Assembly: GCA_002633005.1 (NCBI GenBank) | Contig: NMRA01000117.1 | Location: 835,483 to 899,482 of the forward strand | From: Phoronis australis | Taxonomy: Eukaryota > Animalia > Phoronida | DNA: 64,000 nucleotides | Direction: 5' to 3' | In this document: positions 12,601 through 27,600 of the stretch, piece after piece | Numbering within the stretch: position 1 is the stretch's first letter | Layout of the letters: each line of letters starts with the position of its first letter | The notes under the pieces: model-generated | The model's input: only the letters and a program-made list of their open reading frames with translations | What the model was told of the DNA's origin: nothing | Databases searched by the model: none | Made by a program: the position numbers and the translations under genes

Positions 12601-15600
12601 AAGTTGAAGAATACGAGCCTGCATCTGGCGGCATGCCTCATCAAACCTGTCGGCATCCTTTTGGCTGATTATGGTTTGGAAGTCTTCCACTGGTGTAACA
12701 GTGCCAACCTGAACAGCACAAACATTTAATACGATATTTTACACATTATGCTCACAACAGGCGTGACGTGTATTGATGGTAATGGTAAGTCTTAATTTGT
12801 TTTGATTTTGTATTTGACAGAAGAGAAATGTCAAAATCTGTTCAATCTCCAAAACCCCACACAGGGACATTCTTGGCAAAAAAGCAACTTTAGAGAAATT
12901 ACAAGAAGCATGGAAACAAACCCACAAGCTTTGCAGCAGCAGCTGAAAATTTTGCCACTGAGTCAAATCCCCATATAGCAGATTGTTTTAACCATAATTA
13001 CTTAAATGGTAAAGACACCAGCCAATGTCTAACACACAACAGCAAGAACTGACAATTTGAAATAAAACCACAATGGTTATTATAAAGCTGTGGTCAAAGC
13101 TGATAGCTTAGAAGTTTATCCCATCCAACAATAACCGGAAAATAACTAGACATTAATCCAATTTTGTCACTTCAAGAACCAGTCCTATCCCCCCCTCAAG
13201 AGAGTAATGATGTTCAATTTTGGGTTCAAATAAGTAAGCTTGATTGAGGCCACGTAACATAACACTGTAACTTGTTCAAAAACAAGCAGATAAACTTCTG
13301 GTAGACTGTACAAAGCGTACTTAATTCACTTACTTGGCCTTTGGGAAATCGGTCTTTGGAAAATTGGTTAAGGTTTCAGAAAACATATAGTTAAAATTTA
13401 TAGTTTTACAGATGCTTGGATAACTAAACACACCGACTTGTCAATAAGGATCTCTATCTTGGATAACTAAACACACCGACTTGTCAATAAGGATCTCTAT
13501 CTTGGATAACTAAACACACCGACTTGTCAATAAGGATCTCTATCTTGGATAACTAAACACACCGACTTGTCAATAAGGATCTCTATCTTGGATAACTAAA
13601 CACACCGACTTGTCAATAAGGATCTCTATCTTGGATAACTAAACACACCGACTTGTCAATAAGGATCTCTATCTTGGATAACTAAACGCACCGACTTGTC
13701 AATAAGGATCTCTATCTTGGATAACTAAACGCACCGACTTGTCAATAAGGATCTCTATCTTGGATAACTAAACGCACCGACTTGTCAATAAGGATCTCTA
13801 TCTTGGATAACTAAACACACCGACGTGTCAATAAGGATCTCCATAACCTTAATACTGTACATCTAACTCAACTCACAATATTGATGATTGATGACATTTC
13901 GTAAACAGGTCTACAAAATCTAAAATTTGCAACTGTCAGAGTATGACACTTTTCTTGAAGAAACTACTATCAAAAAAGCTACTGCCAAAGAGACTATTGA
14001 AACCACACAGCACCTGTTGACACTGCAGCACTCTATCATTACCACTATATCCATCCAAATATTACAATCAATACAATTACTATATTAATGCTTTCAAAAT
14101 CCCGAGGCCAACGTTAATGACTGTACCTCAGTGACTGTTCCCCTTGTGAGACTCGACAGATCTGTTCCCAAATCAACTTCCATCTTCATTCTCTTTGCAG
14201 GGGGTTCTGTATCCTCACTGAAATATTATTTGTAACAGCTTATTATTTTACATGACTTACTCTAGACTTACTGAAATAAAATACAAAGCAAACCTCAGAA
14301 GAAGGGGCCGCCTACTTTATCATAGAGGACCCTGCCTGAAGACAACCACATTGTGGGACCTTATTATAATAGGGGACCCCCATCTGAAGGCAGCTGAAGA
14401 ATAGGATCCTCCTTATTAATACAAAGGGCCTCACTCTTGAGGCTCTGGAATCAATTTGGTGCATTCAAAGCAAATGCAAATATTTTGTCAAATCGATGTG
14501 ACTGTATTTACTTTCAAAGACCAATCTGCTTTCACAAGGAGTAAGAACAATGCAAAATGTTGATAAACTAATTACTATGGAATAAAGCAAGCTCATTTTT
14601 GCAACCAAACACTAGATCAAGTGACTATAGTAAAATTTAAGTTAATTTAGCCATTAGAGCACCCACATAATGTATATATGAGGGTGTATAAAAACACTGC
14701 TGATGAAAACAAAAAATTATGACGATCTGTTGTTCTATCTCAAGAGTCAGTGTTTGAAATTCAACACATTGTCTAATGAGTAATTTCACCATAAATGCAG
14801 AAAAAATGTTAAGACTGGTTCGAGTTAATCCTTTATTAATCCCGACCGTACGTTCACAAGCCTACTCAAACAAAACGTCCGACGTAATGTCTGTTTATGC
14901 TCCAGCCAGTGCTGCGAAGCCTTGACTTGTGATGAACTTCTGAGACACGTTCAGCAACTGTTACACTCGTTGATTCAATAACCTGCTGTCTCTATAGCTG
15001 GCTCCCTATTGACTATCGCTGTAACTGCTGACTCTCTTCACTGCAACTCAACTGTAGTTCTCCTGATTGACTTACTTGAACTGACTTGATCTTCTCTTGA
15101 ACTGACTTGATCTCACTGACTTAATCTTCTTGGACTCAAGTGACTTAATCTGACTTTTGGTGTTGCATCCCTTGTGTCCGCTTCCGACAGTCTCTAGCCA
15201 GGTATCCAATTTTGTGACAGAAGAAACACCTTAATTCCTCTGCGTGGTCAGTTTTCTTCTGGTCGACTCTCTGGTTGTCTGTCTTGACTGGTCGCTCTTG
15301 GGACATTTTCCACTGGGTGCTCGTTATATCCACTCCATGGGCCTCAATATATCTCTCTGCTAAGCCCACCATCTCTGGAACAGTCTTGGGCGTCCGCTCT
15401 CGCAGGAACAAGGCCAAGTCCTTAGTGCAAGTGTTAACGTACTGCTCCCGCACTAACAAGTCTCTCAACTCAGCAAAGTCTTTGCCACGGTCGGACATGT
15501 CGATCCACCTGTCTAGGTAACGCTGTATGCGTGCCACAAACTGGTATGCTGTCTCGCCCCTCTCGGCCCTCGCTTCCCGGAACTGTCTGCGAAAACCCTC

Positions 15601-18600
15601 TTCAGTCAGCTCATAGCACTTTAGCAAGGCTCTTTTGGGTGTAGCATAGTCCAGTGCATCGGCCATAGGAAGGCTAGTATAAACCTGCAGGCCCTTACCT
15701 GTTAACAGGGGACTGAGACTAATTGCCCATTCACTCTGTGTCCAACCCTGACTCTCTGCGTATCTTTCAAACCTTTCCAGGAAGTTGTCCATATCGCCCT
15801 GTTTTTCATCAAACTTGGGTAGCTTCGGTTTTACGCCACCAATTGATCTAACATAGCTACCCTCCGCTGCAACCTGTTCAGCTTTCAGTGCTGCTAGCGG
15901 CCTCTCGTGCTCCATTCTTTCTCTCTCCATCTGCTGTTCGGCTTCGCGGGCTTGCCTCCTCTCCTCGGCCTCAGCCTCTCGCGTGTGTCTTCTCTCGCCG
16001 GCCTCACGAGCTTGCCTTCTCTCCTCAGCCTCAGCCGCAGCCTCAGCTTCAGCACGCGCCTCAGCTTGTTGTTTCTCCACAAACTGTCTGAGGTCGTCTC
16101 CCTGCAGACCCATTTCTTGTCCGAGGGCCATCAACTCTCCATAGTGACTTGCTAATTCCAACAGTCCACTTTATCACACCTTGTTACCGTCAGTAAGCTC
16201 CTGGCGTGCTCACCAATTGTCACGTTTTTCCCCGTGTGTGGGTGGGCGCAGGTTGTTACAGACCGGTGCTAATAGCTTCCGGTGCGAAGATTGGCTGAAG
16301 ACTGGTTCGAGTTAATCCTTTATTAATCCCGACCGTACGTTCACAAGCCTACTCAAACAAAATGTCCGACGTAATGTCTGTTTATGCTCCAGCCAGTGCT
16401 GCGAAGCCTTGACTTGTGTTGAACGTCTGAGACACTTTCAGCAACTGTTACACTCGTTGTTTCAATAACCTGCTGTCTCTATAGCTGGCTCTCTATTGAC
16501 TATCGCTGTAACTGCTGATTCTCTTCACTGCAACTCAACTGTAGTTCTCCTTACTTGAACTTACTTGATCTCTCGACTTGATCTTCTTGGACTCAACTGA
16601 CTAACACAAACCCGTGCTTGTGTATTTATAGCCTAATGCATTGTTCTAGAACTTTTCATCAATTTAAGCAAATACCAGAGCTTTCTGGAACCTACCCAAT
16701 CATTCTACAAACATGTACTAGTCTCTAGAATATTCCAGACTGCATCAATCACTGTCATGCTAGAGTCTTCTAGAAAGTTCCACACTATACTGTAGTAAAC
16801 AAATTACATCATCACTGTTCTGACCTCAGTCTTCTAGAAAGTTCCATACCATTCTGCAGTAAACAAATTACATTATCATTGTACTTAACTCAGGGGTCAT
16901 GCCAATCAAACAGAATAACAAAACAGAACAATACAACTAAAAATACTGTCAGACTATATTCTGACACATAGTAACTTGATCATTAGAGATAGCAAGTCTA
17001 TTGACAGATATAATAACTCTATCTCTAGACTTAAAGACAGGAGAAAATATCACACCACTTACACAGCCTTGTAGACATTCTGCTCTTCAGTCTCTGGCTT
17101 TGGCTTAACAAACTCCAGTTGGAATAGGTCCTTAAGTTTGGCTTGGGCTTCTTGACAATGAGCAGTGACCTCTTGTGGTGGCTTCAGGGAGTTCTGGATG
17201 ACATCAGACACGTCTGGTAGAAGATCATCAGGGTTAAGTGCCCGACACTGTAAGCACTAAGGAAACGAAAGGATGGCTGAGGTAAGAGACGATGGGAAAT
17301 GGGGTCTGTTCCAAGAAACTGACTTAAGTTAATTTTCGACTTAACTCTAAGATTTGTCTTAACTTCCAAACTTTGAAACTTCCGCATTTGGTAAGTTAGT
17401 CAAAATTAAGACAAAACTTATGTCAAACACTTAAGTCAAACTTAGCATCTCTTTCTTGGATTGGTTTTGAGACAAATTGATCTTTTATTTTAAAATTTAC
17501 TAATTTAAATTTAAGATTTGTCTTAGCAAAGTCAGTTTTGTTGGAATGGGCCCATGGACTACAAATTTTCACACTGAGTGTTTTGTGACATATACATATC
17601 TTTAATCGTTCACAACTGAAACTGCATTCTGATATCTTATCTTTTATGAACAGTAAACAAAAGCGGTCACGCCCACAAGAGTGCTTACCTGATAAAGTCT
17701 TTGTAGCCAGGGGTTAAACACTTCAGTTGGTTTCAGATATTCTTTATTTTTGCCATCTCTGCAACACACAAAAAAGAATAGAGTGGGGAAATTCATGATC
17801 CTCTAAGCTTAACCCATGACCAGAACAAAATCACTATTCCTTGAAAGGCATACTAGCGATGGTCTAGACAGGCTTAGTGGGGAATCTGATCTCATAATGA
17901 CTTATGGAGTGCTAATTCATTCACTGATACCTAGATTATATTTTTTACTAAAAGCACAGAGAATAAGATATTCTACATTCATTAGAGGCCGTAACGAAAA
18001 AGGATTCTCTCTTAATTATCTGAGATAGCAGGAGAACAGACAGATGTTCACTAGTATTGGAGCTTTGGAATAAGGGAGTCACATGTGAATGAATAATACC
18101 ATGCATTTACACCCACCAGGTGGCAACACCGATCACTGAAATCTTATAATAAGTACTTGGACTTGAACTTCAGCATAGTCTTGATAGTTTTCATTCTATT
18201 TAATTAGCAAGAACAGGCATTTTTGAATTATTTGTTAACAAAGACAGCATTCTTGTGGGGCATGTGCAGCAGGTAATTTTTGATTATGGAAAGGAAATTC
18301 AATACTGTTTTATAGTAAGGTCCCAACTGTACTTGCAAAACACTTGTCTTTCACTCATGGAATTTCGTGTGGTTTTGTTCCTTACATTGCACCCCTGGTA
18401 GACAACAACATAATCTGAGTTTGCACTTGATGACTAGTTCTGAACACCAAATTGGAGATTTTGAAGACATCGAGTGTGAACTTATTATACTGTTATGAAA
18501 ATCTTAACCAATTTTAAATCACAATATCAAAGACATTTATCCTGAATTCAAGCAAACAACAAAAAACACCAAAAACTAAGCTGGAGCCAAAACAGTGATT

Positions 18601-21600
18601 GGATGTTACATTTCCGGCCCTTGTACACCTGACTGCAACTCACTCGTCTTCATATGTAAGGTCCATCTGACTGATCAAGTCATCCATAGCTGATAGCTGA
18701 TCAGCTGTCGGTTTGAATTGCTTGCCAGATGTGGCCTCGTCATTGGTAGGCAGAGGGTTGAATACAAACTGACGAACATCCTCACGAAATGGCAACTCTG
18801 TGTACTGTAGACACTGAAATGAGCAGCACTGACTTAGTAGTAAATTAGAAATGAAGACAGGGAAATGTTCCTCCATTTAACGCACAATACCATGGCCAAG
18901 TATTAAATTATCATGCAAAATTTCAGACCAAATCTCAAGACAAATTAACTTTCAAGGAATTGCATAAATGTGGTTTATAGGGTACATTAATCTGATGTTA
19001 AAATTTAGAGACTTGAGCCAGGGAGTGATTAACCGAACACTTCTATATTATCTAGCGTTGTAGTACTCTCGGAAGTAGAAAAACAACTTTTTGGAAACTT
19101 TGGTTTGTTTGAGATTGAGGAAGACTTTCATAAATTGTTATAATGTTTTTGTCCCTTCCACATCACCTGAATGGCCTTTAAAGTTGATGAGTGAGGAAAA
19201 CAGTGAATAGAATAGTTGTACTTTATGACCCAACAATTTCATTAAATGGATAATTCACTTTGATTTTTAAAAAAACACCTCACAGTTGTATGAAAAATTC
19301 ATGGGAGCTAACAATGTTTACAGCTACAAAATACATTGATGCAATTTCTTTCTATCAATCAGAAAGTCACTTAAGAAAACCTCTTTGTTTCGCACTGCCT
19401 ACGCAGGCCTTATCATTGAATATGAAACTTGGGCTGCCAGAGGGAAGGATGAACCATCCGATAACATGGATGGACTCAAAAATGCGAAGGCTAGCTCCAA
19501 AATAACATATGACGCGCATCACAAAAATAACATTCAGCAACAAAATCTGAGATCGCCCATCCAATAACAAACACATATTTCCCATTCTTTCTGTTCTATG
19601 CAATTTCTGGAATCCCTGTCTGAAGATTCGTCCTTGCCATTTCTTGAGTCAGCTCCTCACATTGATATTCAGAGCTTCAAGTTGTATGATAAGCTAACAA
19701 ATGAATAAACCTAGACAAAGGACAAGACGTATTCGCCAACATACCTCATATGAGTCCTTGATGTGCGGTGACAGGAAGCCCAGTCGTGGCGTGGTGGCAG
19801 CACTGTACACTCGCCTGACAACAGCCACCATGTTGGTCTCGTATAGCGCATGAATGATGGCTGACAGAGCTTGTTGGCTGTGCTGAGCGAGAGAAAGAGA
19901 AGCAAGAAATGATAACACTTTACAATTAGAACATCTTGTCAGTCGGATTTCTGAGTACTTGTGAGCCACTCACATCCATCACGCACTTGCTTATGTGAGG
20001 AGTCAGCCACACACATCCATCATACACTTGCTTCGTTGGCACACTTCTTCAGCTAACAATCCACAAAACACAAACATTTGTCTTGCCTGTTTTGAGGTCA
20101 AGTGACAACAGGATGGTTTCATATTCATGAACTAGGCAGTAAGGTTATGTAGGTCCATACTTTGGAAAAAACAGATCTCAGAAATGATCGATTCGAGTCC
20201 TATGAAACAATAAGGCTCTGTGATTTATGCACTATTCTGCAAAATAGTGGGAATAATTATTTTAAGATGTTCCACTTTCACATGAGGGGTTAACAAAAAG
20301 TAGGTCTCTAATTTATCAAATGTTGCATACAGCAAAAACAAAAAGGATAATTTAAAAAACTGTAATCATTACAGTTTTTGAGATACCTCCTTAAACATTT
20401 ATATCAAATCGTGTTATTGTTACCATACTTTTCTTATGAATGTAAATTTCTTTTTAAAACTTACAAAAATTTTAAGAGAAGACATGTTCATGAGACTCAC
20501 TTAATGACAGATTGGTATTAAGTTAAAAATCAAATTTCCACGGACTTTCTTCCTTCATGAAAAGTAAACTTCTACTGACTTAAAAACCTAAAGTTTTGTT
20601 AATATTTGGATATAGATACATATTTTGTGGTAAGGTCCTCCATAAACTTAACTCTGTCAATTAGTACCAAAAATTTCCACCATGACGGTAATTTGTTTCC
20701 ACCATGAAAAACAATGAAGCAATTGAATTTCAGGAAGGGATGACAAACACATTCAACAACTGATGGCTGTTTGAAAGTCCTTTTACCAGTCAGTAATAAC
20801 TTGACGATTCTACTAAATTTCAATTTACGCGCTTTCCAAAATGCAAACAGACAGTTACCTCATCATCTTTTTCTCCCACAAAACGAAGTACACTATCACC
20901 GAGGTACTGCTGTCGCCTTACCTGAAACCAATGCGAGTATGCAATTAAGATCATTATAGTGAACAGCAACATGTGACCGACGAGTCATTGTCTTTTCGCA
21001 CTACTTTAATTCTGCTAAGAGGAGAGTCAAAGTAAAGTGCAAATTAAGTTAACCTGAACCTTTCACACTAGCTTCCGTAGTTAAGGTTATTATCAACCTT
21101 TATATTTTGTGAACTTTTTAACTGTTGATTTAATTTCATAAAAATATCGTTCGAGCTTTGATGACTGAAAATTCATAACATGGCATTTTTACACTAACAG
21201 GAATTTCGCATTGCTGATAACTTTGTGTGTTGAGCTCAAATTATCAACACACTCAGATTACTTAATTTATTTACCGTCAAGCAATAGCAGTCCCCAAAGT
21301 CCTATTTCAGAATAACATTCCAAGTTTTCAATTTTCAATGCCAATATCTCTAATGGCCAAAACACAATAAAATAAGCACAGAAATTTTAAACGAATCAAA
21401 AAATGCACTACAGAGAAATCAATGTTCAAAACTGTTGAAAGTGCCAAAAACCAAAAGGCCTGAAAGTGGTGGAAAAAGAATTGCCGCATAACAAGGAATT
21501 CGTTATTCACTAGGATGTGCTTATAAGTAAGGGTAACTCTTTTTGACATCTGAATAGATTGAGAGTAGAAAATAATTCATCAACATGGGGGTGTTTGTGT

Positions 21601-24600
21601 GATAAGAGACCCATGTGGTTTATCTGAATCCAGCCATCTCTATGAAAAGGTCCCAGTGGCTTCACTAGGCGACACCTAGTGAATTTTGAGTTCCCTATTG
21701 AAATGAAGTGAAGTTGCCCATTTGAGCTTGGAGGGGGTAACGAGTCCGCATAGTGGATTCCAATTTTTTGCATGGTGGTAAATCATCAGTGTCAATTACA
21801 CACAATAGGAATTTTGAATTTGACATGCAATGTAAGTGAAAGCAGGTCTTTGTGAACCCTGCTCTTAGTCATACAACTGTTACAGTTGGACTGTGTAACC
21901 AAATATAGCTTAAAAAGGGGTTTATGGTCCAGTCTGAGAAGATATTTGTTTTAAACTTCCTATGGTGTTTGAATAGCCCATCCTGGAATGCCCCAAATAA
22001 CTTTCATAACTGACACAAAAAACAATACCTTAAATGAAATGTTATGAGTAGNAGGGGGTAACGAGTCCGCATAGTGGATTCCAATTTTTTGCATGGTGGT
22101 AAATCATCAGTGTCAATTACACACAATAGGAATTTTGAATTTGACATGTAATGTAAGTGAAAGCAGGTCTTTGTGAACCCTGCTCTTAGTCATACAACTG
22201 TTACAGTTGGACTGTGTAACCAAATATAGCTTAAAAAGGGGTTTATGGTCCAGTCTGAGAAGATATTTGTTTTAAACTTCCTATGGTGTTTGAATAGCCC
22301 ATCCTGGAATGCCCCAAATAACTTTCATAACTGACACAAAAAACAATACCTTAAATGAAATGTTATGAGTAGCAATGAAAAATAAAAACTTACCTTACAT
22401 AATTTCATACAATACGTGAATATTGCATTTTTGAAAAAATGTCCACACGAACTGACAATTAATGGATGATGCTGTTGTAACTGAAGTTTTTGCAAGGTAG
22501 TGTACTGATTGCCTGACCACATATAAAAACTGCAGGTGTTTTCTTACAGTGCCTGAGATTCACGTCAAAATTAAGGGCTGATCGTAAGTCTCAGTTTAGA
22601 CTTAGTGTAAAAAACCCATAAATTATGAAATTTTAGTGAAACAGGCAAACACATATTACAAATTTGCAAATTATCTGCTGGATGTTTCGATTAATATATG
22701 ATGATAGAAGCTACACATTGTTTCTAGACATACATTTGCTATTATCCTGTGTGGCTATGGGACATTTGGTACTCCCCACTGTGCTTTAATGCGTTACATC
22801 ATCACAGACAAAAAATTACAACAACAATATTGTGACTATCAAAGAAAACATAGAAATTATTATGAGAGAGGGGGATTTTTCATATTAAACTCGACATGTT
22901 TTCGAATTAATTAATAAGCCAGGAAACTTTTTTGTAACCCATGGTTTCGACCATCACTTGATTTACAACACATACATTTTCATTCTTTGTAAATCCTAGG
23001 ACCTTGAGACATTTCACAGCCTTGAACTTCATGTTGACTTCATCGTCTGCAGAGAATGGAACAAGCGTGTTGCCATAGCGAAGACCTGTGTAAAGGAAAA
23101 ATCAAGACTTTTGAAGAAGCTTAAAATGAAAAGGAAAATACTGTAATTTTCAAATATCAATGACATAAAAGAAATCCAGATACATTGCCTGGGTAAGGTT
23201 CGTACTACGCTTGGCTGGGCCATTTTGCCTAGTCTCCCCCGTCACCCCTTCCTCTTGGGTTCGATCCCGTTCACTACCGTTTCATTTCCTCTCCCCCTTG
23301 TTTTCATTACACTTGTGCCCACACCCCTTTGCCCTCTGTGTCAGAGGCGCTTTGAGTCACCGTTTGCCTGCCGAGCACTGTGTGCTCGTGCTCCCACCCC
23401 CTTTGTGCCCTCTTGTCTGAGGCGCTTCGGCACTATGTGCCTGACTAGCACTGTGTGCTCATTGTGTCCCCGCCCCATTGTGCCCTCTTGCCGCAGCGCT
23501 TTTTCGGCACTGTGTGCCTGTCTAGCACCGTGTGCTTTCCCCCCCACCCTTCCTTCCCTGTATATTAGGTCNCTGTTAGCCATTTTGTTAGGCCTTTGCC
23601 TATATTTTGTGTTTCATTATTCTTAACTTGTTACTCTACCTTTATATCCGACTATTGTTAGCCTTATTTCTCTTATAATAACTATTTTGTTATTATCTGT
23701 TAGCCATTTTTGATTTGTCCTTAGCTTTATTTTTTATATTTTTCTCTCATTTCCTTTTAGTTTTCGTACTCCCTTTTCGTCCTCTAGCTTACCAGTTCGT
23801 GTATTCATTTATGTTCATTTTTTCTCCCTTGTTTTTCCTCATTTATCTATTTTCTTCCCGCCATGACACGGGGTGAGACAACACCAGCACCTGTTCCAGC
23901 CCTGGAAATCGTACCTCCCCCTCCGGTTTGGCACCCAGAGTTAGGGTTGGGTATCCGGCTGACAGCATTTGTAAGTAGTCCTGCACCCCTTTTCTTTTCA
24001 TTTCTCTCCCTTTGTGCGTCCCTGCGGATGGGCATGAGCTGTCTTACAACATCTCTGTGGCGCTTTTTATTGCCCATCTTACCTGTATTCATTTTATTGT
24101 AATTGTACTAGTCATAATAAATGACCTTATATCGCCTACATCAGTCTCCTTTCATCTCTGGTAATGAGCTTGCGACGCACGTATCATTTATCTATTATCC
24201 GGGACATATGTCGATCATAAACATGTAATAGTTCCATTTTCATGAGGGTTAGCAAACGTTAAGTGAGGTTAATATTAGGCAATTTGCCCTGTCAACACAA
24301 AACAGTTAAACTTGACCTTCCTGATGAGGCATAAACTGATAATTGATACAAAAGGGACACAGGTTTTTAAACAACTAAGCAAATATACAAAACCCCACAG
24401 ACACCACTAGATGTTTCAAACAACTGGTCAACCATTTTCATCAACTGATTAGAAATGGATCAAGCTTAATTTAACAACCTGAATAGTGCGTCACCATATT
24501 TGATTCCAGACTAGAAATTCCTTACACCATACTAACCAATGCTTGAATCAGTAAAACTAAGCTAAACCAGGTTTAAATACGCTTATTGGACGAATCAACT

Positions 24601-27600
24601 TGTCAAACATTGTCCTCTTCTTGGGCAAGATTGAATTAGAGAACTGGTCAGCACCATAATTCAAGCTTTCAACCTTTTTGCTTTCCATCACCAAGCAAAA
24701 CTTACTGACTGATGATAAATATAAACACGTCCCATAAACACGTCCCATGGCTCGTCCATTCCAATGAACTCCACAAAAAATATTAAGTACTTCTGACCAA
24801 GATATTGAAGGTTACATAGGAGCCCTGAATAAGGCAGGGCCACAAAGCATGTAAAATAATGGAAAAGCTTGAACAATATTAGCTAAACCTTAAATAAGAT
24901 TATACGACATTCTTGACCTTAAAGCAGCTACACACCCACCTTCCACAAAAAACAATGTTGATTCACAACACTTACCGCTATTAATCTGGTCTTCACTAAT
25001 TATTTACTCAGATTAGATAGAGAAGATGACTAGACGTAGAAATAACTGAACATTCATTATTGCTGGAGATCAGGCTCAGTAAGTTGCCTTATCACCGTCT
25101 GTCATTTTAAGTGACGAGCATGGTCTCAAGCCCTATCAAACTGGGACCCGTTCCAAGAAACTGACTTAACTTCATTTTTTACTTAAGTTTAAGATTTGCC
25201 TCGGTTTCAAAACTTTGAAACTTCCACAGCCGGTAAGATGGTCAAAATTAAGACAAAACTTAACTTAAAACTTAAGTCAAACTTAAGATTTCTTTCTAAA
25301 AACGAAGGAGTTGAGACAAATTAAAGTTTTATCTGAAAATTAAGATTTGTCTAAACTAATTCAATTTTCTTGGAACGGGGCCCTGAGTTCTTCCATAGCC
25401 AAACAAACATTCGTTATCTAAGTAAGGAACAAGCTGAGACCAATCTCATAGCCGAAACGTGACCTAAATCAAAATGTCATTTTTGATGATCAAAGGTGGG
25501 TTTGTAGCCACTTAAACTAGTTTTGACAGTGAAGACTGTTTCGAGTTTGGCGAATTTAGTTTTAGTACCTACCTTTCGCAATGTCTGTAGCCTCGATTTC
25601 AGTTTCGTTTTCATCGTTTAGATGATTAGATGTGCTTCTGTTGACTTTTTCGTCATCACTTCGCGCGCAAACGTTTTTAAATGAGGCAGCTTTCTGTTCC
25701 TTGACCTTGAAAGACAGTTACACCATCAGAGGTCATGTAAAAAGAAACAGGAAGATGCTTGTCTCAAACATCACTCAACCACAAACAATCAAACTATCCA
25801 CGATAAGATTCTAATGCAGCACAGCACACTGCAACTTATTTGCAATAAAATCTCACTAATTTCAGAGAAACATAATTCCTAGTGTTGCTCCATTATATTT
25901 CTCAAAAAATCTAACATCGAGAGCACTGAAAATTTCTCGCAAAGTTGTCTGATGATAGCAATATCACAGAACTTAAAAGCAGCTGCAATGCGTTCATTTG
26001 ATGCTTCTTATTGTCAGCAAAAAGACAAGAACTAAATTTCAATGGTCCACAGCATAGCGTTCAAAACTGATGCGATTTTAGCAGACATACCGCGGACACA
26101 TATCCACCCAAGTGAAAGGACAGGTTACAGCTAGAAACTTAGGAAACTTCAAATTAATTAAATTTAACAGTTACAACATAACTATACCGTTTACCTTTTA
26201 ACCATCACATAGACAGATGTCTGCAGATTATACCAAAAAACCATTGATTCTGATTTGTGTCCGACTCATTTTGAAACCTGTGCCTCAGAGCAGGCATCAG
26301 GTGACTCTGGTTGAAAAGGAGGATGTCAATAAATTTCAAATGGCATCGGAAGCTGGTGGTGGTAAGAAATAAGGATACATGAATTCTTTACTTATTTTGC
26401 ACAAAAATAATTACCAAAATTGACATTTTGCAAAGGGCAATTACTTTACTGCAAATAATGGAAAATTTACCAAAAACTTGTTTCGTGAAATCTAGATAGT
26501 GCACACAGTACTAGTAATGGACTAAAATTTCGTAACCTTTATTTTTGTGGAGACATTTGACAAAGTAGAATTTCACTTGTCGGCCATATTGTGTGCTAAA
26601 TAAGTGAAGAATTACCGAAACACAGACAGACCAGAACCAATTATGTAATTTGGTTTGGCCTTACCACTAATATACAATGTAACTTGCCCACACTGTACCA
26701 TACAGTGTATTTCTGACCACATAAATCACGTTGTTGTAGCTACAATCAGGTAAGCGACATCTTAATAGTCCCCAGCAACATAATCAGTTTTAGCTGATGT
26801 AACTCACCTTGGTGTAACCACAGACAGGTATCTGTAGGTTACAACTGATATCTAATGTCACTTTCCATGCTGTTGGCTTCACTGACCGAGACTGGAAGTA
26901 ACTTAGCATTGGAATGGCTTCACTGTAATGAAAATGTTGACTTTATTTTTATGTCTTTCATGTTTACTATGGCATCAGTTTGACATTTTGTAGAAATGAA
27001 ATAAAACTGAACTACCAAAAGTAAAAATTAATACTAATTAGGTCAGTTTTACTTAGAGCTTTAGATTACTATGCTCTTCAAAAATTATTATCGAGCTACA
27101 GATCTGGTCAATCTTAACCGTTCTCAACTACATAAAATTTGCGAGACAGAAAACATGGGCACATTCAAGGAATTTTCTTATCAATGATAAAGGGCGGTCA
27201 TTCAACCGAGAATGAGGATTGCTAAATGCAAATTTTCTAGCAGTGAGTATCAAGCCAAACAGAGGTGGACGGTTACAGCGCAGCAACAGCTTTCAACATA
27301 AAATACGTGCTATGAGTCAAATACCTAAATGAGTAGCAGACGATGTTGACCTTTTTCTCCATCATGTGTCTCAGTAGTTGTTCACCTGCATTCTGCTGAG
27401 GTGTCTTCTGCTTCATATTTTGATCTGTCTGACCATTACTTGGGCCGGGTTGGTCATCCCCATCATCATCATCTAATTCGTCTAAATGAGGTCCACTAAA
27501 ATGATGCCAAACACATAATTATTAACAGAAAAATACTTTTTGATTATGGTTTAAAGTTTCTTCAAATTAGAACGCAATGTGGCAAAACATTAAAATTAAT

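Noticed and set aside
9047-13841. Regular 31-43-bp repeats resembling CRISPR arrays
   Set aside because: Head-to-tail units with no unique spacers, no cas genes, eukaryotic intronic context
21732-22372. 320-bp direct duplication
   Set aside because: Near-identical copies abut a single N at 22052; assembly overlap artefact
26368-26378. Extra U12-like donor GTATCCTT on the minus strand in Ku80 intron 7
   Set aside because: No adjacent exon; exons 7 and 8 join in frame with ordinary GT-AG sites
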